Shown one piece after another: positions 28,661-42,085 of a stretch of 64,000 bases of DNA. The stretch comes from Podarcis erhardii (taxonomy: Eukaryota). The stretch lies in the NCBI GenBank assembly GCA_964252035.1, contig OZ176200.1, one strand, 5' to 3'. Within the stretch, counting starts at the first letter, position 1, and each line of letters starts with the position of its first letter. The position numbers and the translations under genes are program-made. The notes beneath the pieces were generated by a model. The model ran no database searches, was not told where the DNA came from, and saw only the letters and a list, made by a program, of their open reading frames with translations.

Positions 28661-31600
28661 GACATTTCTACAACTTTGAACTAAACAGTTGTGTTAGCAG
28701 CAGAATGAGTCCCACTAGCAGAATGGAACTCCCCCCCTCCATCTCCCTCCAAATTAGCACTGTGGGCTGGGGGGTCAGGAGAACCCCAAGAACGGGGAGC
28801 AGGGGGAGGAAAAGGGAAATTGTTTCACCTGGCAAGCAGAAATTCTTGCACCCGCAGAACCATCGTAATAGTGCAACACTAAATTCCTCTCTCTGAGTAT
28901 CGTAGAACGAGTCTCTTAAGGAAGCACGATTGTCCCCCTGAAAATTGCACTATGCAGAAATAAGTTGTAATGTTCATTATTTGGTTGGTTATTAATATGG
29001 TAACAACTTAACTTAGCAAGCGAGATCTTCTGCAGTATTGGAAGGGGCTAATATAGGAATGGTAATGTCCCCAAACAGAACAGAATTGCTAAATGTTGGC
29101 GACGCATCAGGACTGGCTTTACAGTTCTGTTTTTACATAAACTATACAACACCATGAGCATATATGCCAGGTAGGTTTTTTTAAAAAAAATTAATTTGCT
29201 TATTTATTAAAATATTTCAGAGCACCTTTCGAGGCATAATGGCCCTCACAAGGTGGTGTACAAAATTCCAGAATAAAATATCATGATATATAAAAGCATC
29301 CAGTTAAAAATGGAACAGTACAAATTAATCCAAGCACAGCAGTTAATAAAATGAGATTGAAAAAGAACGGTCTTCAGAGTTTTCTTTTTTTTTTTTAAAA
29401 AAAAAAAGCACAACCTGATAATGATGCAGCCACACATTTGGGGGAGGAGAGAGCTACATAGGTTTGAGGCAACCACCCAAAAAGCCCTGTTTCAGGTACC
29501 TGTCAGCCTAGTAGCACATTGGTAGCTAACCTGATGTCCTTCAGATGTTTTAGACTCCTAACTTCTGTTGGTTTCAGCCAGCATGGCCAGTGCTTAGCAA
29601 TTGTGGGAGTTGTAGACTACAGCCTCTGGAGGACACCCCATTGGCTATGCATAATCTAACCTGTATCATTAAGAGGTTACTCCCATGATCTGGTGGCCAT
29701 GATCTGCCAGGGATTCTTTAGCTGTGGTTTCCTGGATTGCAGGGGGTCAGACCAGATGACTCCTGGGGGTCCCTTTCCGCTCTACAGTTATACAAGTCTA
29801 TGATAATAACAATATAAAACCTGGGAGTAACAGAATGTGTAAACTTGTAAATGAATACAAACATATTTTATTTATTTCTTGGCTATAGGATATGGTTAAG
29901 GACAAATAGGAGAAGCAAAAAAACTTATATGTGTAGTGATAAATATTAAAGTCCAGGCACTTTACATGACAATCCACATTGCGTTCTAAGACTACACAAA
30001 AGAAATGAATTTCTGGCAAAAATAGACATTGCGGCTTTAATACCAAGCCAGCTTCTCTCCCCACTTCAACTCTGCACCTCCATCCTTCTGCTTTGTTTAA
30101 AATCCATGCTGATGAAGCATTCGGATGGACTCGAAAGTTAGCTTGCTAATTCATGACATTTGGATTGGTCATGATACAGGGTCTTTGGAAATGGCAAATC
30201 AACTCTTAGCTATGCTTGCCAGTTTATCCTTCCCGTTTCTCCCATTGGTGAGTTTCTCTCTGAGAAAAGCTTTAAAATCACCTTTTTAAAATGTGGAGTG
30301 GGGGGTTTGGGGTGGGGCTGGCTATTGGGTTGTTGTTTTATTTTGATCATGTATTGTATGGTTTTATATTTTGATTTTATTCTGAGAACTGCCTTGAGAC
30401 CTGCGGGTATAGAGCGGTATATCAATTCAATAATAAAAAACAACAATAATATTTATTTTGCATGCAGATAATTGGCAAATAGATAATCTCTGCTGTGAAA
30501 TAAGTGGCAGTGCTACATCCTTGCCTGTCCCTGCTCTTCTGTGCCACTGATGCAGTCTTAGTGGCACACCTGAGGTCAAACTGCACACTATAGGCAGCAC
30601 ATGACATCTTCTCTGACTTAAATTTAAAGCAGCAGCAGCAGGAGGAGGAGGAGGAGGAGGCTGCAGTCTTGAGTGGAGGATCAGCAGGAAGGAGAGCAGT
30701 GGTTTGTCTCCTGTTCCCCGCCCCCCCCCCCTTGGGATATTTTCCTACTCAAGATTGCTCCCCAATTGCTTTTCCTCTGGGGGGAAAGCACAGTGGGAAG
30801 AGAGATAAGTGCCTGTATCTTTCCCTGCAGAGTGAAAAGTAGGTTGTGTGCATGGGAGGGTAATCACCACCAGCACCCCAGCCAGCCCTCTGCTGAAACT
30901 TGCAGCCAGTTTTGCTTCAAAATGAAAGGAATTGCTAGAGAAAAGATACCTGCAGATATGTGAGCCACACAGTTTGGCCCTTGGAAGATCGATTTAGGAT
31001 ATTGACACAGAGATAATGACAGCTTCATTCTGCATACAGGAAGGTGCATTTCACCGAGACAAAAATCAATTAGGCTCTCCCTGTGACGAGATGTTGTTAA
31101 GGCCTTTCTGTCTCACGTTCTTCGTATCATTGTATAGACTTGCTACTAATTAGTGTGCCTGTTCTTCTACCTACTACATGAGCATTTTTCTTCAGGGATT
31201 TTGCCCTGTGCATTTATCCTCCGCCACAGCAGTAAGTAGCAGTGGTCAACCTTTATGAATACAAATACTAAAGGATGCCCTGTGGATGCAGATAAGAGAA
31301 AGATGCAAGGCTCAGCACTGCAAAAACCTTCAGCATTCATTGGCCAGGCACAACTGCACAAAGCAGATGGTGAAATGGAGAGAAGGGGAGAATCTGGATG
31401 CTCCACTCGGATGCCTCCCTTGCGGGTCACAATTTATTAATAATTGATTTATCAGCAAATTTATACCCTGTCAATGACACGACTCAAAACCCACATGCTG
31501 CTCTGCATTTGAAGAAACTGCAACAACTTACGGCACCAATCCGAACTTTTAAAGGCTGTTTTGTTAAAATTGCAAGCGGCACTCCATTTTTTTTTACTTG

Positions 31601-31831
31601 GATCACTTGCGGATGACTTGTTTATCAAGCGTCCATCCAGATTTGCTAGCACAAAGTTTGCAGGGAGGCGTGAGCAACATCACGCCAAACAATTGTTATG
31701 CCACACTTTCCAGTCATGTTTCAGGCCGTAAATTAAACGTCCAGGGTGGGGAGAGCAAGTTTGTGTAACTGTGTAAGCGAAATTTGCTAGTATGTAATTG
31801 AATCTCACCCGCAAAATAGCAACATCTGGAA

Positions 31832-32023
31832 GTGCCCTTATCCACACTTCCTCCTGTCTTGCAGCTTTCCCCTGGGAGAAACCACTCTTTAGCTCTGTGG
31901 ATTGCAGTTTGCTCTGATTTAAAGCCAAAGAGCAGGTTTTCACTGGGGAAAAAGTGAGGCAAGAGGGGAACTGCTCAGATCTGCTTTTTCTAGGCATGGG
32001 ATTAATGGAAGTGTAGTGAACCC
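31832..32023. mobile_element. PIF/Harbinger-like MITE, older copy
   Basis: Shares tccacact, cccctggg.aaacc and gagcaggtttt..ctggggaaa blocks with the 51063 and 54127 copies. Confidence 0.5.
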
Positions 32024-32535
32024 TAAATTGCTGTAATGATCATCCTGGTTACCAGGATAGCAGCTTAACAGAGGCTGGGACAGTAAGAAGCTGGTTAGAA
32101 ATGGCCACCTTCCACCCAAATTTTTGTTAGTGTACGCATGCAAAATCATGTTCAAAATCACTTAGGTCTTCAGGTTTCCCCCCCATGAATTGCTAATCTA
32201 ACTGGCTTTGGTACTTTCCATAGAAGTACTGCCACATATATCACAGCAGGGATAATGATGTTATCTCCTGGGGTGCTATTTGTCAATTTTCTGCGTGCAA
32301 AATAAATAAGCTTTTCTCAGAAAGGAAACTAGCCAAATAAGCTAATCAGAGAAATGGGAAGGTTAAATTAGCAAGCATAGCTAAAAGTTAATTTGCCACT
32401 TATATTTCCAATGATCCTGTACCAAACATACCAAATGTATCAAATGTACCAATCAAAATGTCGTGAATTAGCAAGCTAACTTTTCAGTCCATCCGAAGCT
32501 TCGTCAGCATGGATGTTTCTTCTTCTTTCTTCTTT

Positions 32536-32760
32536 TTTGATATCCCACTTTATCACTACCCGAAGGAGTCTCAAAGCGGCTAACATTCTCCTTTCCCTTC
32601 CTCCCCCACAACAAACACTCTGTGAGGTGAGTGGGGCAGAGAGACTTCTGAGAAGTGTGACTGGCCCAAGGTCACCCAGCAGCTGCATGTGGAGGAGCGG
32701 GGACGCGAACCCAGTTCACCAGATTGCGAATCTACTGCTCTTAACCACTACACCACACTA
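32536..32760 (-). mobile_element. MIR/Ther1-related tRNA SINE (Squam3-like)
   Basis: Reverse complement of the 47267-47500 family. Confidence 0.82.
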
Positions 32761-33529
32761 AACAAAGAAGGAGGATGGAGGTACAGGGTTGGGGTGGGGA
32801 GAGAATCTGGCTTGGGATTGAAACCGCAATGTCCACGTTCGCCAGAAATTCATTATGACCATAGAAGTGCTTCCCATAGAAGCCTGTAAATGTGCAGTAC
32901 ACTGGGGAAGAAAGTTGCCTACAGACTGGGACACTGAGCTAAATAGACAGAGGCCAGAATCAGTGGCATAGCTAGCCATTCAGGTGCCTGGGGCAGTGCA
33001 CGAGCCCTGCAGCTGGGGGCAGAGCAAGCCAAGGCAGGGCACACTGCATGGAGTCTCTTCGCAACCTCCCCCTCAGCTCCTCGAAAAAGCAGCGTGGAGC
33101 TTGCAGCCAATCCGCCCGCTGCCTCCCCCTCAGGAGAGACGTGTGCCCCCCACCTCACTTGCTACCAGTGGCATGGAAGGGGGGAGCGGGAGTTATTTTT
33201 TTTAAATAAAAAGTGTAGTGAGCCCAATTAAAAATATATAAATTTTGAAAACACATATTTTTGCCATTTTGTCACCCCCCTCAGTGATTACACCTGGGAC
33301 AAACCACATCCACCACACCTCCCTTCCTATGCCACTGGCCAGAACCTGAATTTCCAGGGAATGTTCTTTCAGGGGAGCAGCGGAGGGCTCAATTAGTTGA
33401 TGTGGTTGAAGGGAGATGGGCTGGAAGACCAACAGAAACATGACAAATGAAAGTTTCACTCTCTCACCGCCAAAGGAACACAAGTGAATATCAGAGAACC
33501 TGTAGAAGCGATGCTGGCACAAAACCCCA

Positions 33530-33745
33530 CATATATTAAGTAAAATAGAAACATTGCCACCCCACCCCCACTCACCTTTCCCTCCCTCCACCTCTTTCCC
33601 TCTTTTCTTCCTAATGTCTCAACAAATGAAACTGATCTGTTAAAAATGTTACTTGGAGAAAGAGAGAGAGAGAGAGATTGCACATACTTTTGTAAACCAA
33701 GAAAATCTTTAATAAAAATACATTTAAAAAACAAAACAAATGAAA
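33530..33745 (+). mobile_element. 3' tail of a poly(A)-type retroelement (L1-like)
   Basis: Homologous to 41250-41430 and 13495-13578, ends AATAAA plus an A-rich run. Confidence 0.5.
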
Positions 33746-35397
33746 GTTTCAAAAAAATCCTGGGTTAGCCTCAATCCTGATCCCTTTTGCTCCATTTCAC
33801 TCCAATTACATTCATTTAGCAGCGCATAGCCTCTGAAAAGAGGGAAAGAACCGCTTTTCCAAACGTTAACTGCATGCATCAGCTATATTTGGATGTCACA
33901 CAAAAATACTGCTGGGTGCTGATGCTCCTATGTCTTCTTCACACAGCGTAAATGTCTGTGCCATATGGTTCCATGCACTCACAATCGAAATGCCCCACTT
34001 AGGCTACAGTATCCTCCAGACTGTTAATAGAAGAGATCGTGGCAATTTCTGAAAGGGTTAATAATGTAACCCTTTCTGAAAATCTCACGGTAGCAGACTT
34101 TACTGGCGGGTTACTGGGAATGGGTGGGCGGAAGTCTGGAAACCCGCGATACCCAAGCCGTGCAGCAAAGATATGGAAAATATTGCCTAATGCAGCAGTT
34201 TAATTACAAAGAGTTTATCTCTTGATCCTGAGTTTAAGGATTTGCCTCTGGCAGATAACACAGCCAGCACGTGGGAGATACTCAAGAGGCTAAACTCTGG
34301 CCATCAGGGAGGGGGCTTTGTCCTGTGGTCTCTGGCTTCATCATGGCTTCTGGAAGCAGTTCATGCTTCAAGAGAAGCTTTCCCTGGATATGCAGAGGGT
34401 GGGGTGGGTGAATGGGGTTGTAGCCTCCTACCTTCCGCGTCCTCCATTGACGTGATACCTAGAAAGCACACACACCATTCCACACACGCATCTCCATCAC
34501 TATTTTGGGCAGCCAAGTGTATTGGGCAGTGTGTGCGAAGAAATAATACTTCATGGCGGGGGTGGGGGTGGGAGGAGCTTTTAATAGTGCAGGAGGTTAT
34601 TAACTGAGCAGTAGGTCTGGCTCAAAGGAGAAAGTAAGGCTTCCTATTAGGAGGGAAAACAGAGCAAAGGTTAAGTGGCTATTTCCAGCTAGCAGGAGAA
34701 AGTGAGACATTTAGGACGTAACCCTATTAGGGATGTCAGAGAATTCTGATGAACATGGAGATGGGAACAGAAATTCCTGATGTTCACTTATTTGTCCCAT
34801 AACCAAAATGGTAATCAATCCAGCCAAAAATCTATATATTGATATTTCCTGCTGTTGTTATTTTCATCTCCGCAAATGATATTGTTGGGGAGCGGGGGGA
34901 CGGAGACTAGGCTGTATGCCTAAGTCCCCTTCTAATTCCTGGATCTAGCAAGGATTAAATTACTGGAAGAGTCAGAGCAGCTTCTTGGTGAGGGAATGGC
35001 CCCCTCACTATGGGTCGTTAAGGTAACAAAGGAAGTGGCTTTGTGCCATAAATCAAATGAGTGGGCCCTCCCTTCTGAACTGGCTGGTAGTTAGGACAAA
35101 ATCAAGCGTAGAGCTGTAAGAGAGAGCAAGGAGATAGAAGCAGGCTGCAGGCAGAAGACAGTGAGAGAGACATGATTGATTTTTGCTGTAATCCAAGGCT
35201 GTGTCTATGGGAGAAGCAAGACCCTCCTGTGAGCCCTTCCATCTTAGGTTCGGGTTGCATATATGCGTGAATAAACCATATATCATAAAGGCCCCACAGT
35301 CTCCACTGGGCCTCATTTCCAAAAAGAAACATGAACCCTGGGTAAGTGTCTGGAATATCACACAGCTTGGAGAAGAAGACGGAAAAGGAGAGTTTGG

Positions 35398-35637
35398 ACT
35401 TGATATCCCACCTTTCACTCCCCTTAAGGAGTCTCAAAGCGGCTAACAATCTCCTTTCTCTTCCTCCCCCACAACAAACACTCTGTGAGGTGAGTGGGGC
35501 TGAGAGACTTCAGAGACTTCAGAGAAGTGTGACTAGCCCAAGGTCACCCAGCAGCTGCATGTGGAGGAGCAGGGAATTGAACCCGGTTCACCAGATAGCG
35601 AGTCCACTGCTCTTAACCACTACACCACACTGGCTCT
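35398..35637 (-). mobile_element. MIR/Ther1-related tRNA SINE (Squam3-like)
   Basis: Same family, short internal duplication gagacttca. Confidence 0.82.
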
Positions 35638-38600
35638 CACTGAGAGACTGAGGTGGCGTGCAACAATATGGTTTATGTTTATGTTGTTCCTTTTTTCCAA
35701 TTTACATTGTGTTTCTTTTGTATTGAAATGCATGGTGTTGTATAATATAACTGACTACATAACTTTTCATCCGAGCGGACGGATAGACAAATAATATTGT
35801 CTTTGTCAGAAGCCAAACTGCAGGTGAAATGAAACAGGGTGCTTGCAAAGAATATGGGGCAGAATGGAAACTGATGCCTTCTTACACCCCTAAATCTATA
35901 TCTGTGGGGTGAAGGGATACAGGATTCCGTAGAAGTTCCACTACATTGGCAGAATCCCAGCTGGGGTTTCTTCTGCAGCCCCTATGCTCCTGATGTGTAT
36001 GATTGGGTTTTGGGACTCAGGAGCAGAGAGAGATGTTTGCCCCATGCTGTGTGTTAGGATTGGCTTCTGTTGCTGCTGAGGAGTTACGGAATATAACTTC
36101 TCTGATGGCAGGGTGAAAAGGTCTGAAGTGGAATAGCAGAGGTAGAAGAAGCAGAGGCCTTGAAAAAGAGAAGCACGTTGTTCAATAGGCGCCCACAAGA
36201 TTTAGTTAGAAAGAGCAGGTGCAGTTTGCATGCAAAGGGAGCTTTGAAAACTGGGATAGTCTGAATTATAGAGCCAAGAGGAGACATAAGTGTTGAGTGT
36301 AAAGTAGGAGACTGCATTTCACTTATTCAATTATTCAATTAATCACAGCTTTAGCTGCAAGTCGTTAGCTGGATATTTATGATCTAGCCATGGTGCAGAA
36401 GGATTATATATTATTTAAGGCAGATTTGGGGTTGGTCAAAAGCAGCGTGTTCATTATTCACATCCAGCAAATGATGGTTTGCACCACGCTGTTTTCTCAC
36501 AAATTCGTGCCTGTATTATTCCCAGCAGAGGTGTGAGACATCTTCAAGCAACAGCAAATGAAAGTATTTTGCTCAGAAGGAAGAGAAAGCCGATGTTGCC
36601 ATTATGGGGTTGGTTGGTTGGTTGGTTGGTGGGTGGGTGGGGAGGGGAAGAAAGGGGATGAACCAGGAGGGCACCAATACAAAATCCTGATTCTCTGCCC
36701 CACACAACTGGAAACCTGTCTCATTTTATTCTCCCTCGGGGTACTACAGGACCCAGGGAGCAGCTGGCCTGAGCTGCTTTCAAATATTCTGGCAAGATAG
36801 TAAGAATGAGCAGATGGCCTTACACACTCTTTCCACGCCTAACCCCCAAATATGACTTAGTGAGTTCTCTATAATTCATGTCCTTAACTGTTTTCCTTCA
36901 AACATGAAGATTTTCCTCTCTTTTGATTAAAACACACGCTGTGGCCACACACCCTTATCCTAACCACGTTTATTCAGGAGTACATCTCTGTTTTATTCCA
37001 GTGGGATTTACTCTCAGGTAACTATGCTTGGGATTGTAGCCTTTGTAGCATAAAAGTCCAACCCCCAAACGAAACAAAAAACCAGCCTTTGTACTCAGCT
37101 CTTCTAAAGCCTGATGCCTCACTGTTAAGGCTTAACTGTGCTCTTTGGTATTGTTGCTATGGTAACCCAACAGTTTATCCCTCACTTCCAAATATATTCG
37201 CACAGTTCTTGTTAAACACTCCCCCCTCCCTTGCAATTCTCTATTGGAATCCAATTATCTTGCATTAATTCTAAATCAAATTCAGAGCAGCACAAACACC
37301 CATAACACGTGTGTAAATGATTATTTTTATAATACTGTTAGCGCCACATGCACATATATATTCTTTGCCTTTGAACACGCAAGAAAGAAGCTGTTTTCTG
37401 GTAAGAACCTGATACTAGGCTGTTTTGTTTTTGGCTTAGCTGGGTAAAATGCAATACCGCTGAAAGCTGCTGGCCTTGCAGACTCGAATTCCCAGCATCT
37501 CTTTCAATCCATAAAACAGGCACCCCAGTGGGATTCCTTCCCTGTACGACTTTGACAAAGTACACATTCAGGATCCTGCCTTAAGTGGGGATGTCAGTCT
37601 ACGCAGTATATTTTCTAGCACTCCCATCAGACAGGATACCGTAGTTTGAATTTGCTATCATAAAACGTAGAAATGTCACTTATTGGCAGTTAAATATTAA
37701 GCAGGGTAAAAACAAAACACAAACACCTGAAACGAAAAGGAACTGTACCAAAACTAAAACAAGTAAACAAGCAAAAACCTGATTTGACAAGGCATTGGCA
37801 TCAGAGAGCTCCACTCGGTGCTTGTAAGGATTTAAGCAACAAAGCTCTTGGCATAGAGGTGACATCTGTATATGAATTTGTAATGGTACTTTATGGAACT
37901 GTCTGATCAATAGGAATATATGGGTGCAAGTGGTTCACTGTCCTCAGCCTACAGGAGCAGTCAGTGTCCTGGTGCTGAGCAGCCCATTTTGATCACAAGT
38001 CCATGGTTGGCACCCCACATACTACCCCTAGGTGACCGATCCTCTCCCTTGACTGCATAGGAGCACATCCGAAAGCTCTGCCATTCTGAGACCTATATTT
38101 TTATGTTGTACAAGAGGTACACATATGGGACAGTGTTTTGGCTGGTTGACATCTGATGACCTTTTAAATGTGTTGTGGAATTATTTGTTTGTTTTTATCA
38201 TGTATTTTGTCTTTTTTATATTTGTGAACCACTCTGAGATCTATAGGGCAGTATACAAATTAAACCAACCAACAAACTTTATACATGTTTGTTAACATCC
38301 ACACCCGTGCCACAGTTAAGAACCCAACATGTAAAATAATAAAAAGTGTATGTATCCTTATGCCTCAATTTCTAAGTGCATATTGCTATTATTGGGTGTC
38401 CTTGGGATTTACCATGGACTTACCCTGTCCTTAATCTGAAACCCAATGCCTATTCCTACTTCCAGGCATGGCATTGAGATAGTTTTACTGACAAAGCCCC
38501 ATTCAGCTGAGTTTTGTGTTTCGGATCTTCAGATGGAGTGAAGAGAAGCTTTGCTCCAGAGATTCTCTGTTGCCTCTTTACACAGGAAGGCAGCAAGAAG

Positions 38601-39306
38601 GAACTTTGACCACAAACCTATATCTGCATCTGATATCACCAGGTAAGATGCAACTTACCTGCCTGTTACATCAGGTACACTTCACTTTTATGTTCTTTAT
38701 GCTAAAAAAGAGAGAGGTTCTTTTGGCCAGTTAAAAGGTTGCATTCTGCTCAGGTCATGAAAAGGCACCACCAGAAGGCATACACTGAACTGGGTACAGA
38801 ACTTCAAATGACCCTGCCCACAGCACCTGTGTCATGCTCATTGGTGTGAATGGAAGATAGTGGGATTTACACACAGAACAGAGAATATGTGATGCTCACA
38901 AACCTGTGTAAAGTCCATGTCAAATTTTATTTGTAGCTTACAGCAGAAGATCAATGGTTGGGTAGCTGTCAGGTGGGAAGAAAACATTGGAAATATACTT
39001 AAGGTCCTTAAATGTTGTTATAGGACTAAATATACTAAGGTATTGATTTAACATGGAAAAAGAGTTCAGAGAGCTAGATGGCTGGAAACAGTAGCAAGGT
39101 GATGATGACCTTTTGGGTTTGGTTTTCCCAGCTAATGTTTCCTTCACAGCTAAAAACTGAGGACAGAATAGCAACGGAGGAGAATCTATGCATGGAATCA
39201 ATACAGGATTCTAGAGAACAAGAGATAAACAGAGAGCTGAGCTCCAGGCCACAGATGAGACCCATTAAGTATGACAGACAGCAGTGCATGGATAAATGAG
39301 TGCTTT

Positions 39307-39308
<2 letters not shown>

Positions 39309-39350
<42 letters not shown>

Positions 39351-39366
39351 ACACGCGCACACACAC
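39309..39366. repeat. (AC)n microsatellite
   Basis: Direct inspection. Confidence 0.97.
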
Positions 39367-41249
39367 AATACACTGAAGGAACTTCCCCAGAGATTCCACA
39401 TTCTCTTATGAACTGAAAAGCATTCTGCTAAAAATGATCATTCCAACAGGGTTGCGGGGTTGGGGGTGGGATTTGTTACAACAATGTCAAAAGTGTGGAG
39501 TGGGATACACCTGAATGGCCAAAAAAGTATTAGGTCCCAATGCAAACAAATAATAAATTGTGAATATATCATCTTCTTTAAATTATAAGAAAGGAATGCA
39601 CCTAAAAACAAATATGAAATCTGATTTCAGATAAAATTATATCTAATACCATCATATCTAATGACACGCAATTGTGTCAAACGATAGGTAAGGAAAAGGT
39701 GCACAGGGGCAAGAACAACTTTGTATAGTTTGGCTGTGTGCATTGAGATGTGTTGGCAATGCTGTAACAAGTGGGCTAAATAGCAGCAATTGTCTTCTAA
39801 TTGTTGTTTTGTTGTTTTATTCATTTATTGGATTATCTAATTCCAGAAAGCTGGATTTTTGTACATTTCTATCCCATGTGGAGATATGTACTGGGTATGG
39901 TATAGCCCCTCCAGCAAGGTGGTGAGGTGCCAGGATGGATCACTGCCATCTTGTAATTGCCAGACCATCTCTCTTAATCCAACCGACCCCAAGGCCTGCT
40001 GTCTTCCAGTCAGAATGTAAGTGGGCATTTGCAGCAAGGACATAACAAAGAACTGCAAGCAGCTGGAGGAGCAGCACAGAAAGGCCATTTTAGTTGGATG
40101 TTCTGGGAACTATGCTGCAGAGAAAAGCAGAGCCCTCAGGGTATCCTGGCACCCACAGGCCCCATGTTGGTAGTGCCAGGATTAAAGTCCCTCCATTTCC
40201 ATGCCGATTGAAATTGTGCCTTAGATGGATGTGCCTATTCAAATTCTGTACCTGTCTGCATTACTGTTTCAGGAATGTCTTCCTTTCTATGCTAACTGAA
40301 GTTGCTTTTGGTGGATGTGCACCATCAAGAATATATTCCAGTCTCCATGACAGTTTTAGGACTTGGGAACCTCTGGTTTGCAAGGAAGCTAAGAGCCCTG
40401 TACAGCAGACCCGCCAGGGATAGTCCCAGATTTATAGAGTCTGGCCTGGTTTTTTATATGATCCTGGAATGTCTCGCTTTTCCTCTCTATTTTCATCAGA
40501 GAAATATTGGAGGGAGACAAATATATTTATATAATTTTTTGTCCAGAAACAAAAAAATGATAAGGCCAGTTTTAAAAATCTGACTTACATCCATTCTGAC
40601 TTGTAACTTTATTCCTCACAAATTCTACTGACACACGTTTTTATGATGTAGCCAGCACAGTCTATTTTAGAAAATTCCAGTCCCCTTACCAAAGGCCACG
40701 TCACCAGTCTGTCTAGTGACAAACATGGAGCCAGTCGCCTCCAAGAGCTCTTCTCTGTCCTTTACCAGGCTTGGAACCCTGGGCTGAATAAAAGAGGAGT
40801 CCCAATTTAGAAAAGTGAGAGGAACAGCACAGTCTTTCTGCTCTCTGACTGATAATGAGCCTGGCACATTCTTCCTTGTGAAAATCAAGAGAGATACATT
40901 TTAAACTATTAATGAGAGCAGAAAACAAATCTCTGAAAGAAATGCAAATTCTTTGCATGCAGCTTTTAAAGTGATGTTTCAATATCATCGCCACCACATT
41001 CTTAAGAGTAAACATGGTAACATCTGGTAGGACGTCCACACAAAGAGAAGCAGAAATTGGCTTCTGGCTCTGTTGCCACTCAATTCTAGCAGACTTTTTG
41101 AAGTCCCTTCCACCCAGGCTGAATGAATGGTTGGAAACTTCAGGGAGCAGCTTAAAGATTCTCCAAAAATTTGCAGCTTCTTGAGTTTACTGGTAGTTCA
41201 TCAGAAGGGACTTTTCAGACAAGCAACGCTGACACCAAACCCTACATAC

Positions 41250-41430
41250 ATTAAGCAAAATAGAAACATCACCACCTGTCCCCACCCCCACCCATCTTCC
41301 CTCCCTCCACCCCCTTTTCCCCCCTCCCCCTAATGTCTCAACAAAGGAAACAGATTTGTAAAAATGTTACATGGAAAAAATACGAGAGACATTACACTTA
41401 CTTCTGTAAAACAAGAAAATATTTAATAAA
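41250..41430 (+). mobile_element. 3' tail of a poly(A)-type retroelement (L1-like)
   Basis: Same family as 33530-33745. Confidence 0.5.
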
Positions 41431-41754
41431 AATCCGAAAGCAAGAATTGGGGGGGGGGGGATTTTCAGCTCACAGACATGAATGCTGGGCATTGTGTAGG
41501 GTTTTAAAAAATAAATAAATAAATTGCAGCAACTTTCATTTTCACTTTGAATCAGGTCACCGCACCATGGTGCAAGTAGACACTACTTAACACTGCCCAA
41601 GCTTACTAAAGGCAGATGTGTATACTACAATAGCTGATGGCTATGATGATTCATAGAAGTAAGCCCCCACTGAAGTCAAGGGGGGCTACTTCAACAAAAT
41701 GTAATGCAGTGTAATAATGTCAAGGTAAAAACCTGGTAAATATTTATTATTGAT

Positions 41755-41885
41755 GGCAACTATGACCTGGAAAAACTGTCTGTGGAGTGGACAAACGCCG
41801 GCTCCCTCAGCCTGTAAAGCGAGATGAGCACCGCAACCCCAGAGTTGTTCAGACTTAACTGTCAGGAGTCCCTTTACCTTTACCA
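41755..41885 (+). mobile_element. 5'-truncated Sauria-type SINE
   Basis: gccggctccctc..aaagcgagatgagc..ccctttacctttacc 3' end. Confidence 0.8.
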
Positions 41886-41914
41886 AAAGCAGAGCCATTT
41901 GAGGACCTAGAAAA

Positions 41915-42085
41915 GGTCAGGTATACCTCCAATGTCCCTCGGTAGGTTGTGGACTCTCCTTCACTGGATGTTTTTAAGCAGAGGTTGAATGGTCATCTGT
42001 CATGGGTGCTTTAGTTGAGATTCCTGCATTGCAGGGGTTGGACTAGAGGTTGGGGTCCCTTTTGACTCGACAATTCTATGATTCT
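41915..42085 (+). mobile_element. CR1 LINE 3' end
   Basis: ctccttcactgga.gtttttaagcagaggttg..ggactaga..attctatgattct, the canonical CR1 terminus. Confidence 0.8.

Noticed and set aside
37964-37980. REST/RE1 site
   Set aside because: Both half-sites resemble consensus but the spacer is 1 nt instead of 2, and the tail is poor.
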